DNA of 58,443 bases from a virus (Duplodnaviria; Caudoviricetes): positions 1 to 58,443 of IMG/VR virus record IMGVR_UViG_3300031758_000088. The stretch is one strand, 5' to 3'. This document shows positions 8,254-19,014 of the stretch, piece by piece (within the stretch, counting starts at the first letter, position 1; each line of letters opens with the position of its first letter). The position numbers and the translations under genes are program-made. Under the pieces are notes generated by a model. It saw only the letters and a list, made by a program, of their open reading frames with translations, ran no database searches and was not told where the DNA came from.

Positions 8254-10110
8254 TTATTTTGTAGTGGCAGGAGTGGTAGGAGCGGCGGGAGCGGTAGGAG
8301 TTTGACCAAGGTCTTTGAGGGCTCCCTCAATCGTTTTGTAGTTGGTAGCCAAACCAGCAAATTGCGATTGCAGCCTGCTCATGGCATCTTGATCCACAGC
8401 AGTAGTATTTGCACCGATTGGCAGGCCAGACAACAAGCCCAACTGGTACTTTGGCATACCGTAAGCAAAGTCACGCTGCTCCTCGAACTGCGCCTTGTCT
8501 GCTGCGATACCTTCGGATGTAATGCCACGCTCTTGAGCGCCCAAATTCGCCAACTGATCGATGGACTTGAGGCCAAAGTTTGCGCCAAACTGACGCGATG
8601 CCTCTTGTGCCTCGCGTTCTTTGTTGAACTGGCCCAGACCTGTGTCGTAGGCAGTCTTGTAGCCCTGACCCAAAACATCTTGCTGTTTGTCCAACAGATT
8701 GCGGCGACCTTCGGATTCCATGATGGCCTGACGGCTACCGCCGTAAGCACCGGCTTTTGTCAGTCGTCCAGCATCAGCCAGACGGGCAATGTCAGAAGAC
8801 CGTTGCAATTCGCGCAACTGCGGGTCCAGTGAGGCTTGCAGGTACGGGTTCATGTACTGCTGGGCGGTCTGGGCATTGAAGCCGCCAGTGAACTGCGTGG
8901 GGGTGTATCCGGCTTGAGCCATCTCACCTGCGCCAGCAAAGGCTTGCTGCTGAAGGCCCGAGGCTCCAGCGGTCAGTGGGCCTTGGTAGGCTTGGTACGG
9001 GGCGTTTGCCAGAGCAGCGCCCTGCCCCAAGGCGTTGGTCACGTAGTCGCCAACCCAAGGAGAGAGGGTGGATGTTCGGGAAACATCTTGAGGTACGCCG
9101 CCAGCGCCTGTTGCTGTTGGGTTTGCGGTGCTGGGTGTGCCGCCAGTGTTGAATCTTTGGACTTCGCCACCACCAGCGTAGGCGGCAGCCAAGCCGCCAG
9201 CGGCTGCAATGAACTTGTCAGGGTCAATCTCTTTGCCCTGTTCTTTGGTTCCGGTGCGAGCCACGCGAATGCGGTCCATCATTTCGTAGAGCTTCTCAGC
9301 TCCAGCCTCGGAGTTGCCGTTACCGAGGTGAGACACCACATCCGCAGGGATTACAAACTCCCCATGGCTGAGAAGAGCTGGCTGCTCTTCATCAATGCTG
9401 GTCTCAATCTCGTCGGCCATGCCGTCCGTCTTGCCACGCAGGTAACGCCCTGCGTCTGCGATACCGCCTTGTGCCATAGGAATACCGCCTCGTGCGGTGA
9501 GTTGTGTTGGAATTTCAGGAAGGCCACCAGCTTGAGCGGGGGCTTGTGTTGGACGGCTGTAGGCCAAGTTCATCTTGCCAGCGTAAGGGTTGGGGGCTGG
9601 AGCGGGACGAGGCTGGTATGCAGCCTGAATGCCGGAGGCCTGACCAGCAGAAGCAGTCTTTGCGGCAGCCAAAGCCTCTGCGTCACCTTGAGCGGCGTAA
9701 CGGGGGTCTGTGAAGTACTGACGGCCAGCCTCGCCGGGACGTCGGTTGGGATCGTTGTACTGAATCTGCTCACGCACCATGTCCATCTTGGGGACTGGCT
9801 TGTTGTAGCCGCCTTGCTTGTCTTGGTTCATTAGACTGTACGCGCCAATGCCAAGAGCGCCAAGTTTCGCCAAATCGTATTTGCCGTCTTTGTCTTTCAG
9901 CATGCTCAGCGCTTTGCTGCCAAACCTCTCAACCAAATTTAGCCACTGGGGATTGCCGGTCAGGGCATCTTCAATTTGGTCATTGGACGGAGAGCTCCAG
10001 TTTTCCATTGTGGTGTCTGGATCAATACCAATTGACTCCCAAAAATCATACGAGTCACCACTCAAAGAATCATCTTCGTAGATGTTGCCCAATTCGTCCG
10101 TGTAAGCCAT
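8254..10110 (-). CDS. Internal virion/DNA-transfer protein with tape-measure-like xxGG..GEFV motif
   Basis: 618 aa; MAQGG..G.TDG.AD.I....LSHGEFVIPADVV; YMNPY..GAYGGSRQ region typical of podovirus ejection proteins. Confidence 0.75.
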   Translation of the reverse strand: MAYTDELGNIYEDDSLSGDSYDFWESIGIDPDTTMENWSSPSNDQIEDALTGNPQWLNLVERFGSKALSMLKDKDGKYDLAKLGALGIGAYSLMNQDKQGGYNKPVPKMDMVREQIQYNDPNRRPGEAGRQYFTDPRYAAQGDAEALAAAKTASAGQASGIQAAYQPRPAPAPNPYAGKMNLAYSRPTQAPAQAGGLPEIPTQLTARGGIPMAQGGIADAGRYLRGKTDGMADEIETSIDEEQPALLSHGEFVIPADVVSHLGNGNSEAGAEKLYEMMDRIRVARTGTKEQGKEIDPDKFIAAAGGLAAAYAGGGEVQRFNTGGTPSTANPTATGAGGVPQDVSRTSTLSPWVGDYVTNALGQGAALANAPYQAYQGPLTAGASGLQQQAFAGAGEMAQAGYTPTQFTGGFNAQTAQQYMNPYLQASLDPQLRELQRSSDIARLADAGRLTKAGAYGGSRQAIMESEGRRNLLDKQQDVLGQGYKTAYDTGLGQFNKEREAQEASRQFGANFGLKSIDQLANLGAQERGITSEGIAADKAQFEEQRDFAYGMPKYQLGLLSGLPIGANTTAVDQDAMSRLQSQFAGLATNYKTIEGALKDLGQTPTAPAAPTTPATTK

Positions 10111-10121
10111 CTTGATTTCCT

Positions 10122-13100
10122 TTAGCGTAAGAGGTTCAGCAGGTCATCTGCCGTGATGTTCTCCGCCAGCAGGTCATCAATGTACCCACCTGAGGCGATT
10201 TTAGTTTTTTCTGCTGGGTTTGTCGAAGAAGCCATTTTGAGCTTCTGCGTCCCGAATGGGTCTCCGAACGGGTCACCGAACGGATCGAAGTATTCCATTG
10301 CGCCATATAGCGGGGTGCTGACCTGCTGGGATTGCTGGAATGCCTGCGGCAATTGCTGGGCCAAGGATTGGGCACTTTGCTGCCCCTGCGCCACAACCCC
10401 GCGCACATTTGCGATCTTGCCCTGACGAGCAGCTTCTTCTGCTGCCAGTCTTTGGCGCTCGGCTTCTGCTTTTTTGGCCTCTTCTTCCCGGGCCAGTTGC
10501 GCCTTCAGGTCCGCCTGACGCTGAGCTTCGTTGGTTGCCAGTTGGCCGTACAGACCAGTGGGCCCAAAGGCGGAGCCGACCGGAGCACGCCAGTCTGTGT
10601 TTACACCGCTGACCACCTGAGTCAGGAAGTCGATGTCTGCCTGAGTGATTTGCTTGTCGCCAGTCACGTCGTAGGTCAGGTCCATGCTCCGCTGACCGCC
10701 GAGCATCTGGTTGAGCGCGTCGATGTCCGCTTGAGTGGCTTGCCGTCCCTGAGTGCCAACCAAGCCCTGAAGCTGCTGGTTCTGGGTGTTGAGCTCGCCG
10801 ATAGCTTTCTGCGTGGCCTCTTGGTAGGTATCACCCTGCTTCACCAACTCATCAATTCGAGCATCTACCTGTTCGCCAAGGCCAGTGATTTGCTCTTGCG
10901 TCTGCTTAGCGGCCAAGTCAATGGCTGACGCAAAGTCCAAACCCATATCCGCCATGGCGTCAGCAAGGTCCTTTTGACCCTCTGTGAGTGCGTTGTACTT
11001 GTCTTGTACGTCCTTGGACAGCGTGTCAATTGCGCCAGTGGTTTCTTTTTGTGAAGACTCCAGCGTCTTGTAGATTCCAGTCGCTTCTTTCGCCTCATTG
11101 ATGTTCAGTGTTGCTGGGTCATCCTTGACAGAGGGAGCACCGACAAGGCCCGTCAATTCTTTTTGAACAGACGCAGCAGCATCCTCACCTCGCGCTGCCG
11201 CATCGTCGGCTGCTTTGTACAAGCCTGTTGCAGGAGTGGTTTTGGTGGCTGGGCTGCCAATCACCCCCAAGATTTGAGTGTCCGTCAGACCCATGGCCTC
11301 AAGCTGACCGATGATGCCGGTAGCCTCGGCATCTGCCCCACCGGGAGAGCCAATCAGCTTCTCCAGAGCATCGACATCCGTTTGCACAGCACCAACCTGC
11401 TCCGTCGTCGCCAAGTCTTTGGTGGCAGCGGAGATGGCTGTATCCAAGTCCGCTGGGGTAAGGCCGGGATTTGCCGTCATGTAGTCGGTGATGGACTTTG
11501 TGACGTCTGCTGCGGACAGGCCGGGGTTGGCCGTCATGTAATCCGTGATGGACTTGGTGACATCCTCTTTGGTGATGCCTGCTGGGAACTTGATGTTTGA
11601 GATCGCCTTCTCAATGTCCTTCTTGGTGGCGAAGTCCTTCGTCGCCGTAGAGATGGCGGTGCTCAGATCGGTCTTGGTCAGACCGGGATTGGCCTTCATG
11701 TAGGTGGATATGGCGGTTTCCACATCGGTCTTTGACAGTCCGGGATTGGCCTTCATGTAGTCAGAGATCGCAGTCGTTACATCTGCCGGAGTGACGTTAG
11801 TAATGGAGCCAAGCTGGTCAATGATGGAGTTGTACCGTGCGGCATCCAAGTTCTCTGTGGCCTTGCCAGTCAAGCCAGTCTGGTCGTACTGACCAACCAA
11901 CTTGTCAATGTCAGCCTTTGTGGGATTTTTCAGGCCAAGCGCAGCGTAAGCGTCTTTGGCTTCCTGCTCTGTCACCGTGCGTGCGTTTGCATACGTTCCA
12001 ACTTCGGACTTAACGGCGTCCTGCTTGATGTTTGCGCCTTGGCGCACAAACTGATCCAGCTCTTCTTTGTTTGGCTTGTATCCAACGTCTTTGAAAAACT
12101 GCTCAGCTTCTGCGCGTGTCACTTGGCGGGGCGCAATGTAGTCTTCGATCTTTTTCTTTGCGTCCGCCTCTTTAATTTTTCCAGCAAGGGATTTGGCTTC
12201 GTCGGCGGTGAGGTTGGTGTACCCCAAGTCGCGCATCATTTGCGCGGCCTCTTCCGCAGTGGTAGCCAGCGGGTCGTATTGCGCCTCCAGTGCTTTTAAG
12301 GTTGATACCTCGTCTTTTTGTCCAACAAACGAATCAATCTCTTGCTTTGTTGGGTTGACGTACCCAATATCAATAAGCGCCTGCCGAACCTCATCCTCCG
12401 CAACCACACGGGGGTCCATGTATTTTTGGATTTCTGAAGCCAACGCCGGGTTTAGCAGCTCAGCCTTTCCGCCAGTCACGGCAGAAATGTCGGCGGCACT
12501 GGCCTTGAATCCAGAGTCGGCAAACATTTTGCTTGCGGCCAAGTACTCCGCTGGCGTTGTTTCGTCCAAACCCTGCTGCCGAATGGCGTCCCCACTGAGT
12601 GCGCCTTTTGCGTCTTTGCCAAGCACAAAAGCGGTAGAAACTGCGGACCCGCCAAGGCCACCCTTCAAACCGGCATCAATAAACCTGTCCAGATTTTGCT
12701 TGGTGAAGAAGTCTTTGTTTTCCGCAAGAAAAGATTCAGCCGCAGCGCTGCTCATCTCTTGGAGAATTTCGGTCCCGCCTTCTTTTACAAAAGCGCTTCC
12801 AGCCTCTTTGGCGGCATTTTTATACCAAGCCCCAATCACCTGCTCGACCGGAATCTTCGACAAATTTAATCGGTCTACGATGGCCGACGGAAGAACGGAG
12901 TCAAGCGCCGCATTAAACCCGCCAACGACGGTTGATATTGCCAAGTCCTTCAAATCCACCTTGCCGCTTTTTGCGTCATAGACGTTCTTGAAAACTTCAG
13001 GGACGTTCTGTGAGGCGCTTGCAGCCAAGATGGCTGGTGTCGTAAATTTTGCAGCCACCGCCAAACCGGCAGTGCTTGCAGCAGCTTGCGCCGCTGCAAT

Positions 13101-15467
13101 TGCTTCAGCCCCAAAAACTCCTTTGGATGCTTGTACTGCCAATTCCTTTTTGATGGCTGCGTCCATTGCCGCTTTTGCCGAAGCGCGAGCAGCCACGCCA
13201 GCAGCCCCACCCATGAGCAAAGAAGGCGCAGTTGTCACCACGCCCTCCATTACGGATTCCAAAACGTAGGTGGCAGCACTGCTTAGGTCGTTGACGTTTT
13301 TGTACGACGCAACACGAGCAGGGTACTTTATGTTGATCTGCTTCATTGTGGCCTGAGCTTCGGCCATTTGCTTCTTGAAGTAATCTTCGTTCCCTACCGC
13401 CTTTGCGGCCATGGCTGGCAAGACATCGGCAAGCAGTGAGGCAGTCTGGGAAGAGGACCGCATGATGCTGTCCGACGCAGCAGACAGGTAGTAATCCAAG
13501 CCCCGCCCAACGACATTGCCGTTTTTGTCATATTTGAACTGGTCGGTTAAGCTTTTGATGAGCTCGTCGTTTTCGTCATAAAGCTGGATAAGGCCCTTGT
13601 CCTTGTTCCACATGAGCGTGTAACCGCTGTCATCTCTCGAGTGTTCCCATCCGGGGTCTTTTTTACCCGTAATGACAATTTCACCCAAATCATTTTCATA
13701 CGCCCAGTCAATTGGCCTATTGTCTGCGGCGTCTTCAATGGTTAGCTTGCCAGAGCCAACCAAGCTAAGAGCTTCTTGTTTTTGGCTTTCGCTCAAAGTT
13801 GATACGGAGTCTTTTAGCTTGGTTGTTAATTCGCCAGCCTTGGTTTCGGGTAGCCCAATTATCTGTCGCAATTGCTGTTCAGTGGCCGACTCTCCAAGGC
13901 CTGCGTCATCCCATATATTTTTTGCCTCCGACTCTGATGTGTAGAGGCTGTCAACGTATTTCAATGGGTCGGTGGACGAGACAATTGCCTCAGCGGCACT
14001 CGGGGTCAGACTGCCGAACAGACGCTCGTATTCTTTTCCGGCGTCAAGCAAAGCCATGGCTGTTGCTTGGTTTTCTTTTGTCTCGGCAGGGATGTTGTTT
14101 GCTGGGCGCTCTGGTGGTTTGCTGAATTCCGAGCCCAAGTCAGAGTACAGGCCATCCCAGTAGCTCTTCTTGTTGGATGGCGCGACAGGAGCCTGCGGAA
14201 CATTTTCTGCGGCGGCGGGTAGTTTTCCGTTTTTTACCGCCTCCATCAACAATTGGCTTTGTGATTTTGGTGTGCTTGTTCCAAGACTTATTCCAAAAAC
14301 TTTCCTTTCAGGGGGATTCTCGGCACGCGAGACAGCATCGGCAATTGCAGCCGCACCTGCTGGTGTGCTGATTCCTGCGGACGCATTTCCTGAAACACCA
14401 ATCCCAGAAGACGCAATCGCAGATGAAAGTGAGCTTGTTACGCCGTTGACAGCCTGCCCAATCGCACTTTGATTTACTGAGTTTGCAATACTTGCTGGCA
14501 TGCCGCTAAGGCTTGCCATGGTCCCCAACGCCATGCCCCCTAGTGGCCCAGCAGACATCGACTGAGCAGCAGCGCCAACAACCGCGCCAGTGACGGCGTT
14601 TGCAACAGCCCCACCCAAGTTACCACTCAACGCTGCGGTTACTGTATTAACACTCAAGCCAGTAGCTTGCGCAACCTGACCGATTGCCAACCCCATTGCT
14701 GCCTGACCGATTTGGCCGTTGGCAATTGCGCTTACCGTATTGGCGCTGATGGCTACACCAGTTGCATTCGACAACGCAGTGCCAACGATGGAGGCCGCTA
14801 TCTGTCCCACAACAGATGAGACAGAGTGGCCTTGTGCAATAGCGTTTGCGGCAGTGGCAATTGCGCCAATCGCGGGGCCTCCAATGGCCCCCATGATTTG
14901 TCCAATGTTGTTGTTCAACCCAGAGTGAACCGCCATGGAAGCAAGAGCTTGGTTGACGGTTTGATTTGACGAAATATCTGCATTCCCGAGACCATTTGCC
15001 GCCATAAGAGACAGTTCGGCCATGGTCATGCCGTTGGTGGCTACGTTGCTTCCTGTTGCGTTTGACTGCCCCATCATTGCAGCTTCGGCAGGGGAAATAC
15101 CAAGCTCGGCCTGTAAGCTGGCAAGCGCCGTTTGCGCAGGGTCTGTTTCTGAGGTGGAAAACCCAGAGTCGCCACTGATGCCCGGATCACCCGGCCCCGC
15201 AGGAGTCCCACCAGCACCCGGCGAAGCAGCCCCAACCTCGCCAACACCAACACCAACGTCACCAATGCCGGGGGCCGAGTCTCCAGTTCCATTGCCAGTA
15301 CCAGCAGCACCCGCTCCCGAAGAGTCACCCGTAGCGGAAGAAGCGGCACCCGTTCCGCCGTCACCAGAATCACCAACGCTGCCACCATCATCAAATTGCA
15401 TGATTGGCTGATCACGATCCTCAACAAGACCCTGTCTTTTCAGCATGTCTATAACTTCTGGCGTCAT
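10122..15467 (-). CDS. Very large internal virion protein with internal repeats
   Basis: 1781 aa; G/A-rich hydrophobic N-region, DYMxANPGL repeats, EF-hand/dockerin-like DVTGDKQITQAD near C-terminus. Confidence 0.7.
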   Translation of the reverse strand: MTPEVIDMLKRQGLVEDRDQPIMQFDDGGSVGDSGDGGTGAASSATGDSSGAGAAGTGNGTGDSAPGIGDVGVGVGEVGAASPGAGGTPAGPGDPGISGDSGFSTSETDPAQTALASLQAELGISPAEAAMMGQSNATGSNVATNGMTMAELSLMAANGLGNADISSNQTVNQALASMAVHSGLNNNIGQIMGAIGGPAIGAIATAANAIAQGHSVSSVVGQIAASIVGTALSNATGVAISANTVSAIANGQIGQAAMGLAIGQVAQATGLSVNTVTAALSGNLGGAVANAVTGAVVGAAAQSMSAGPLGGMALGTMASLSGMPASIANSVNQSAIGQAVNGVTSSLSSAIASSGIGVSGNASAGISTPAGAAAIADAVSRAENPPERKVFGISLGTSTPKSQSQLLMEAVKNGKLPAAAENVPQAPVAPSNKKSYWDGLYSDLGSEFSKPPERPANNIPAETKENQATAMALLDAGKEYERLFGSLTPSAAEAIVSSTDPLKYVDSLYTSESEAKNIWDDAGLGESATEQQLRQIIGLPETKAGELTTKLKDSVSTLSESQKQEALSLVGSGKLTIEDAADNRPIDWAYENDLGEIVITGKKDPGWEHSRDDSGYTLMWNKDKGLIQLYDENDELIKSLTDQFKYDKNGNVVGRGLDYYLSAASDSIMRSSSQTASLLADVLPAMAAKAVGNEDYFKKQMAEAQATMKQINIKYPARVASYKNVNDLSSAATYVLESVMEGVVTTAPSLLMGGAAGVAARASAKAAMDAAIKKELAVQASKGVFGAEAIAAAQAAASTAGLAVAAKFTTPAILAASASQNVPEVFKNVYDAKSGKVDLKDLAISTVVGGFNAALDSVLPSAIVDRLNLSKIPVEQVIGAWYKNAAKEAGSAFVKEGGTEILQEMSSAAAESFLAENKDFFTKQNLDRFIDAGLKGGLGGSAVSTAFVLGKDAKGALSGDAIRQQGLDETTPAEYLAASKMFADSGFKASAADISAVTGGKAELLNPALASEIQKYMDPRVVAEDEVRQALIDIGYVNPTKQEIDSFVGQKDEVSTLKALEAQYDPLATTAEEAAQMMRDLGYTNLTADEAKSLAGKIKEADAKKKIEDYIAPRQVTRAEAEQFFKDVGYKPNKEELDQFVRQGANIKQDAVKSEVGTYANARTVTEQEAKDAYAALGLKNPTKADIDKLVGQYDQTGLTGKATENLDAARYNSIIDQLGSITNVTPADVTTAISDYMKANPGLSKTDVETAISTYMKANPGLTKTDLSTAISTATKDFATKKDIEKAISNIKFPAGITKEDVTKSITDYMTANPGLSAADVTKSITDYMTANPGLTPADLDTAISAATKDLATTEQVGAVQTDVDALEKLIGSPGGADAEATGIIGQLEAMGLTDTQILGVIGSPATKTTPATGLYKAADDAAARGEDAAASVQKELTGLVGAPSVKDDPATLNINEAKEATGIYKTLESSQKETTGAIDTLSKDVQDKYNALTEGQKDLADAMADMGLDFASAIDLAAKQTQEQITGLGEQVDARIDELVKQGDTYQEATQKAIGELNTQNQQLQGLVGTQGRQATQADIDALNQMLGGQRSMDLTYDVTGDKQITQADIDFLTQVVSGVNTDWRAPVGSAFGPTGLYGQLATNEAQRQADLKAQLAREEEAKKAEAERQRLAAEEAARQGKIANVRGVVAQGQQSAQSLAQQLPQAFQQSQQVSTPLYGAMEYFDPFGDPFGDPFGTQKLKMASSTNPAEKTKIASGGYIDDLLAENITADDLLNLLR

Positions 15468-15476
15468 GTCTTGTCC

Positions 15477-16115
15477 TTACGGGGCAATTGGGAGGATGTC
15501 GGGCAGCGGTGCCACGAAGTTTACCGTCATAACCGAGGACGGGATACCCGGATGAGGGGCTGATGCGGTCTCGGCTGCAAGCTGCACCGTTGCGTCAGAC
15601 GCAGATACCATCAACTCTAAGTACTGCCCCACCTGCATGTCGATATCAAACGAGTACGCGATGGGGGCATAGGTCCCAGAACCCGAAAGGCTGTACGCCC
15701 GGGTGGAGATTCCAATGTCCGTGCCGTTCCTGCGAATCCACAGGAACACGTTCTTGGAGCTGTTGTTGGTGCTCTCAAGCTGGCCGGTGTACTGGAAGTT
15801 GTAGATGCCGCCAATGGTAATCAGAATCCGGCTGGTGGTGCTCAAGCTGACCGCATTGTTCAAGTACGTCTGGTTGTACACCACGGGATACGCAGTGTTC
15901 GCCACAGGGATGGTCTGGTCTGCGGTGTTGAAGAACAAGCCGTTGGGGCAGTCCACGTACTGACCGCCGTTTACACCGATGATTGCGTTGAGCACATCCG
16001 ACACGCGGCTAAAGTACAGACGCAGCACCTTGAGGAGCTGGTCGATGTACGTGGGTGTGTACGAAGGCACTGCGTAAGGCAGTGCTGGTGGTGGAGCTTT
16101 TTGAAGGCGTGACAT
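15477..16115 (-). CDS. Tail-associated virion protein
   Basis: 212 aa; N-terminal helix plus beta-rich C1q/BclA-like C-domain; directly follows tail nozzle gene. Confidence 0.55.
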   Translation of the reverse strand: MSRLQKAPPPALPYAVPSYTPTYIDQLLKVLRLYFSRVSDVLNAIIGVNGGQYVDCPNGLFFNTADQTIPVANTAYPVVYNQTYLNNAVSLSTTSRILITIGGIYNFQYTGQLESTNNSSKNVFLWIRRNGTDIGISTRAYSLSGSGTYAPIAYSFDIDMQVGQYLELMVSASDATVQLAAETASAPHPGIPSSVMTVNFVAPLPDILPIAP

Positions 16116-17999
16116 TTACCGTGATCCGTCAGCTCTGATGTCGAGGCGAGGAGCGCCCAACTGCCAAGCCACACCCAGCGCAGTGCTGGAGATTCGCATA
16201 GCCATCTGGCGAGCCCGGATGCGCGTGTAAACCTGACCCGTGAACTGCTCCACCGGCAAGTTGACCGTGCGCGTGACAGAGGCGCTGTTGGAGCCGCCCA
16301 CCGAGGCTGGGGTTGTGTAGCCCGAGCCGGAGTTCTTGAGCGGCAGCAGCGACATCACGATGGCTGGGTTCTCTGCGCTTGAGCCACGGAACGTCACGTC
16401 CGGCAGCATCCTCCAGATAAAGGAGAACTTGTGGCCGTCGTCCAAGTCAAATTCAGCGGAGGTGATGAACGACTCCATGGCAACAGGGGTGCCTTCCATG
16501 TTGTCATCGTTTCCGACTTCATGGCTGACCAAGTTGTTGACGTAGGTGGCAGCCACAGGGCCATCCTCCAAGCCGGAGTCCAGCCAAGCCGTGCGGCCCA
16601 TGTTGCCGTAGTACCAGATGTCTTCCAAGTAGTTGTAGATGGCGTACCGATCCAGCACCACAGAGTTGGCCGAGCAGTAGAACCACCACACCTCATTGAA
16701 GCCTTCGTTTGTGCCGCAGACCACCTGCTCCATCTGCGCGGTGTTGATGTCGCTGAAGATGTATTGGCGCAAATCGCAGCGCAGTGTCTGGGTGCGACCG
16801 TCGTACTTGTAGAACTTGTCCACGCCCATCCAGTAAGAGATGCCCGAGGCAAGGGCCACCGAGTTCGGACCTGCGATGGAGATGTTCTCGCCCACCAGCT
16901 TTGCACCCCAGCCCTCAGGAGCGCCCAAGTACTGAAGCGAGTACAGGGCTGCATCCGTCCAGACCAGCAATTCTTCTCGAGACTGAATCTTGGAGACGAT
17001 CTCGGAGCCCTGCGACAGGCGCAGGCTGCCCGCTTGGTTGAGCGCCGAGGGGGTCCAGTCCACCACGCTCTCCTGATCGGACCAACGAATCAGCATGGGG
17101 TCCAGCACAGCCGAGCTGAGATCGGTGCAGCCGAAGGCGAACACAAAGCGGCTGATGTCAGACACGTAGGTGATGTTGACCTTGGTCGGAACATCCGAGG
17201 CCCCAGCCATGCTGGTCACGTTTACACCACGGTTGCCAGACACCCCGCCGGAGGCATCCCAGTAATACAAACCACCGCCGCGAGGGCAGTACACCAAGTC
17301 TTCACCGAAGTTGCTCTGGCTCCAGATACGCAGAGAGTCGGTCGATGCGCTTCCCACACCCCATGCGCCAGTGCCCCAAGCACCTGCGCCCCAGCCGGTC
17401 AAGGGAACGACCACAGCGGGGCCGACGTTGAGCTGGTAAGCCGCAGTGACGGTTCCGCCGCCAGTGGCCGTAGACGAGGCATTGCTCGAAGCGGTGATGC
17501 TGTACTCACCGGACGTGTTGGTGGTAATCTGGTACTCGCCGTTCAGGTCCAAGCCGCCCACGGCAGTGGCCCCACTGAAAGTCACGAAGTCACCGTCCGT
17601 GTAGCCTCCTGCTGCGTCATTCACCACCACAAGGGGAGAGCCGGAGGTGGTCTCAAACGGATTGGTCAGGGTCTCTGTGTCGCGCAGCGGGGTGATGTCA
17701 TAGTAGCTACCGCCTTGGTTCACGTAGAACTTCAGGTTGGTGCCCACGCCCAGCAGCTTGTTGCCACCCAGCGTCACCCAGTTGTTCAGAGACCGACAGA
17801 TGCCAAGGTAGTAGCTGGTGGAGTACGGTGCCCAGCCACCCAATTTTTCAGCCGAGCCGGAGCGAAAGCGAATCTTGTCGCAGTCGTACCAACCCGCAGC
17901 ATACGAGCCGTTTACACCCGTTGGGCCGACGTTCTCGGACAGGTATCTGGTGTTTTCCCGGGCAACTCCGGGACGGATCAGTATTTTCTTGAGTGGCAC
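16116..17999 (-). CDS. Tail nozzle / DNA stabilisation protein (P22 gp10 / T7 gp12-like)
   Basis: 627 aa beta-rich; IRWSDQE..W, NEVWWFY motifs; position. Confidence 0.75.
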   Translation of the reverse strand: MPLKKILIRPGVARENTRYLSENVGPTGVNGSYAAGWYDCDKIRFRSGSAEKLGGWAPYSTSYYLGICRSLNNWVTLGGNKLLGVGTNLKFYVNQGGSYYDITPLRDTETLTNPFETTSGSPLVVVNDAAGGYTDGDFVTFSGATAVGGLDLNGEYQITTNTSGEYSITASSNASSTATGGGTVTAAYQLNVGPAVVVPLTGWGAGAWGTGAWGVGSASTDSLRIWSQSNFGEDLVYCPRGGGLYYWDASGGVSGNRGVNVTSMAGASDVPTKVNITYVSDISRFVFAFGCTDLSSAVLDPMLIRWSDQESVVDWTPSALNQAGSLRLSQGSEIVSKIQSREELLVWTDAALYSLQYLGAPEGWGAKLVGENISIAGPNSVALASGISYWMGVDKFYKYDGRTQTLRCDLRQYIFSDINTAQMEQVVCGTNEGFNEVWWFYCSANSVVLDRYAIYNYLEDIWYYGNMGRTAWLDSGLEDGPVAATYVNNLVSHEVGNDDNMEGTPVAMESFITSAEFDLDDGHKFSFIWRMLPDVTFRGSSAENPAIVMSLLPLKNSGSGYTTPASVGGSNSASVTRTVNLPVEQFTGQVYTRIRARQMAMRISSTALGVAWQLGAPRLDIRADGSR

Positions 18000-18007
18000 G
18001 GTTTACC

Positions 18008-18520
18008 TCATGCGGTCATGGATGAGGCGGTATTTTGCACTTCCGCCACGCGGCGGCCCCAGCCCTTACCGAATGTACCCCAATGAGGCAAATCCATCAA
18101 GAAGGACAGGCGGCGCTTGGCGTAGTCCTCCACCAGCTCTTTGGGGTCGAATGCAGCCACGGCAGCCAACGTCTTGGGGCCGATACCGCCGTCAGGCTCA
18201 ACACCTACGCAGGCTTGGAGCCACTTGGCAGCACGCCCGGGGCCGGAGTTCACAGCAGCGTCGAAGACGGCGTAATCCACGCCTTCAGGCAGGTCGTCGC
18301 CCTTGATCTTGTCCCAGTATTTGGCCTTGTACATCGGGCCCACCAGCTCGGGTGTCAGCGCACGCATGGCCTTTTCGTCCACCTCGTGGCCTACCCACTC
18401 CTCCCAGACCTTCTTGGTCACGCCCAGATTGGTCATGCCGCCCGGGTCGGATGGGTGATTTACAAAGCCGCCCTCATGGTGGAGGATGGCCTTCAGTGCT
18501 GCGTCAAAGTTCTGTTTCAT
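18008..18520 (-). CDS. Endolysin, glycoside hydrolase family 108 with peptidoglycan-binding domain
   Basis: HEGGFVNHPSDPGGMTNLGVT, FDAAVNSG, DGGIGPKT, FGKGWGRR; start MKQNF overlaps holin stop. Confidence 0.92.
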   Translation of the reverse strand: MKQNFDAALKAILHHEGGFVNHPSDPGGMTNLGVTKKVWEEWVGHEVDEKAMRALTPELVGPMYKAKYWDKIKGDDLPEGVDYAVFDAAVNSGPGRAAKWLQACVGVEPDGGIGPKTLAAVAAFDPKELVEDYAKRRLSFLMDLPHWGTFGKGWGRRVAEVQNTASSMTA

Positions 18521-19014
18521 TTCACTGGTCCTGCTTTTGAGAGTAAGTCGGTTTTGGCCTGCGATCCTGCGCTGGAGCCGAAGTAGTAGGCGATGATGCC
18601 GGTCCAAGCCGTGCCAAGGCTACCAAGCATCATCAGGATGGCCGGATTGTTGCTGTCAATCTGGTTAAAGAACATCATGACCATGATGCCAAAGAAGCCG
18701 ATGGTCACAGCGCCAGCCAAGATAGGAGGCATCATTGACCGGGTAGTGGCTTGCATCTCTCGTGCTGACTTCCTGTCCTCGACCTCCAGCTTGGCAAAGT
18801 TCAGGCCCAGCTCTTGGGCTTGCTTCTGGAGCTCGATCTCTGCGATCTTGACCTGTGCGATCTGCTCAGCAGACAGCTTGTTGTTGGCAATCATGTCCTG
18901 AACTTGGTCAGGCTCTACGCCAACTGCCTTTGAGATGGCTGAGACTGCCATGCCTGCCAGTGGGCCACCAAGAGCCGTGGCGATGGTGGGTGCAATTTGT
19001 TTAAGCCAATCCAT
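18517..19014 (-). CDS. Holin-like membrane protein
   Basis: DRKSAREMQ then two TM helices and YYFGSS; directly upstream of endolysin. Confidence 0.75.
   Translation of the reverse strand: MDWLKQIAPTIATALGGPLAGMAVSAISKAVGVEPDQVQDMIANNKLSAEQIAQVKIAEIELQKQAQELGLNFAKLEVEDRKSAREMQATTRSMMPPILAGAVTIGFFGIMVMMFFNQIDSNNPAILMMLGSLGTAWTGIIAYYFGSSAGSQAKTDLLSKAGPVK

Noticed and set aside
16431-18086. 551-aa plus-strand ORF (likewise 8836-9834, 25150-26121, 33664-34452, 37312-38205)
   Set aside because: Antisense shadows of codon-biased minus-strand genes; no recognisable motifs
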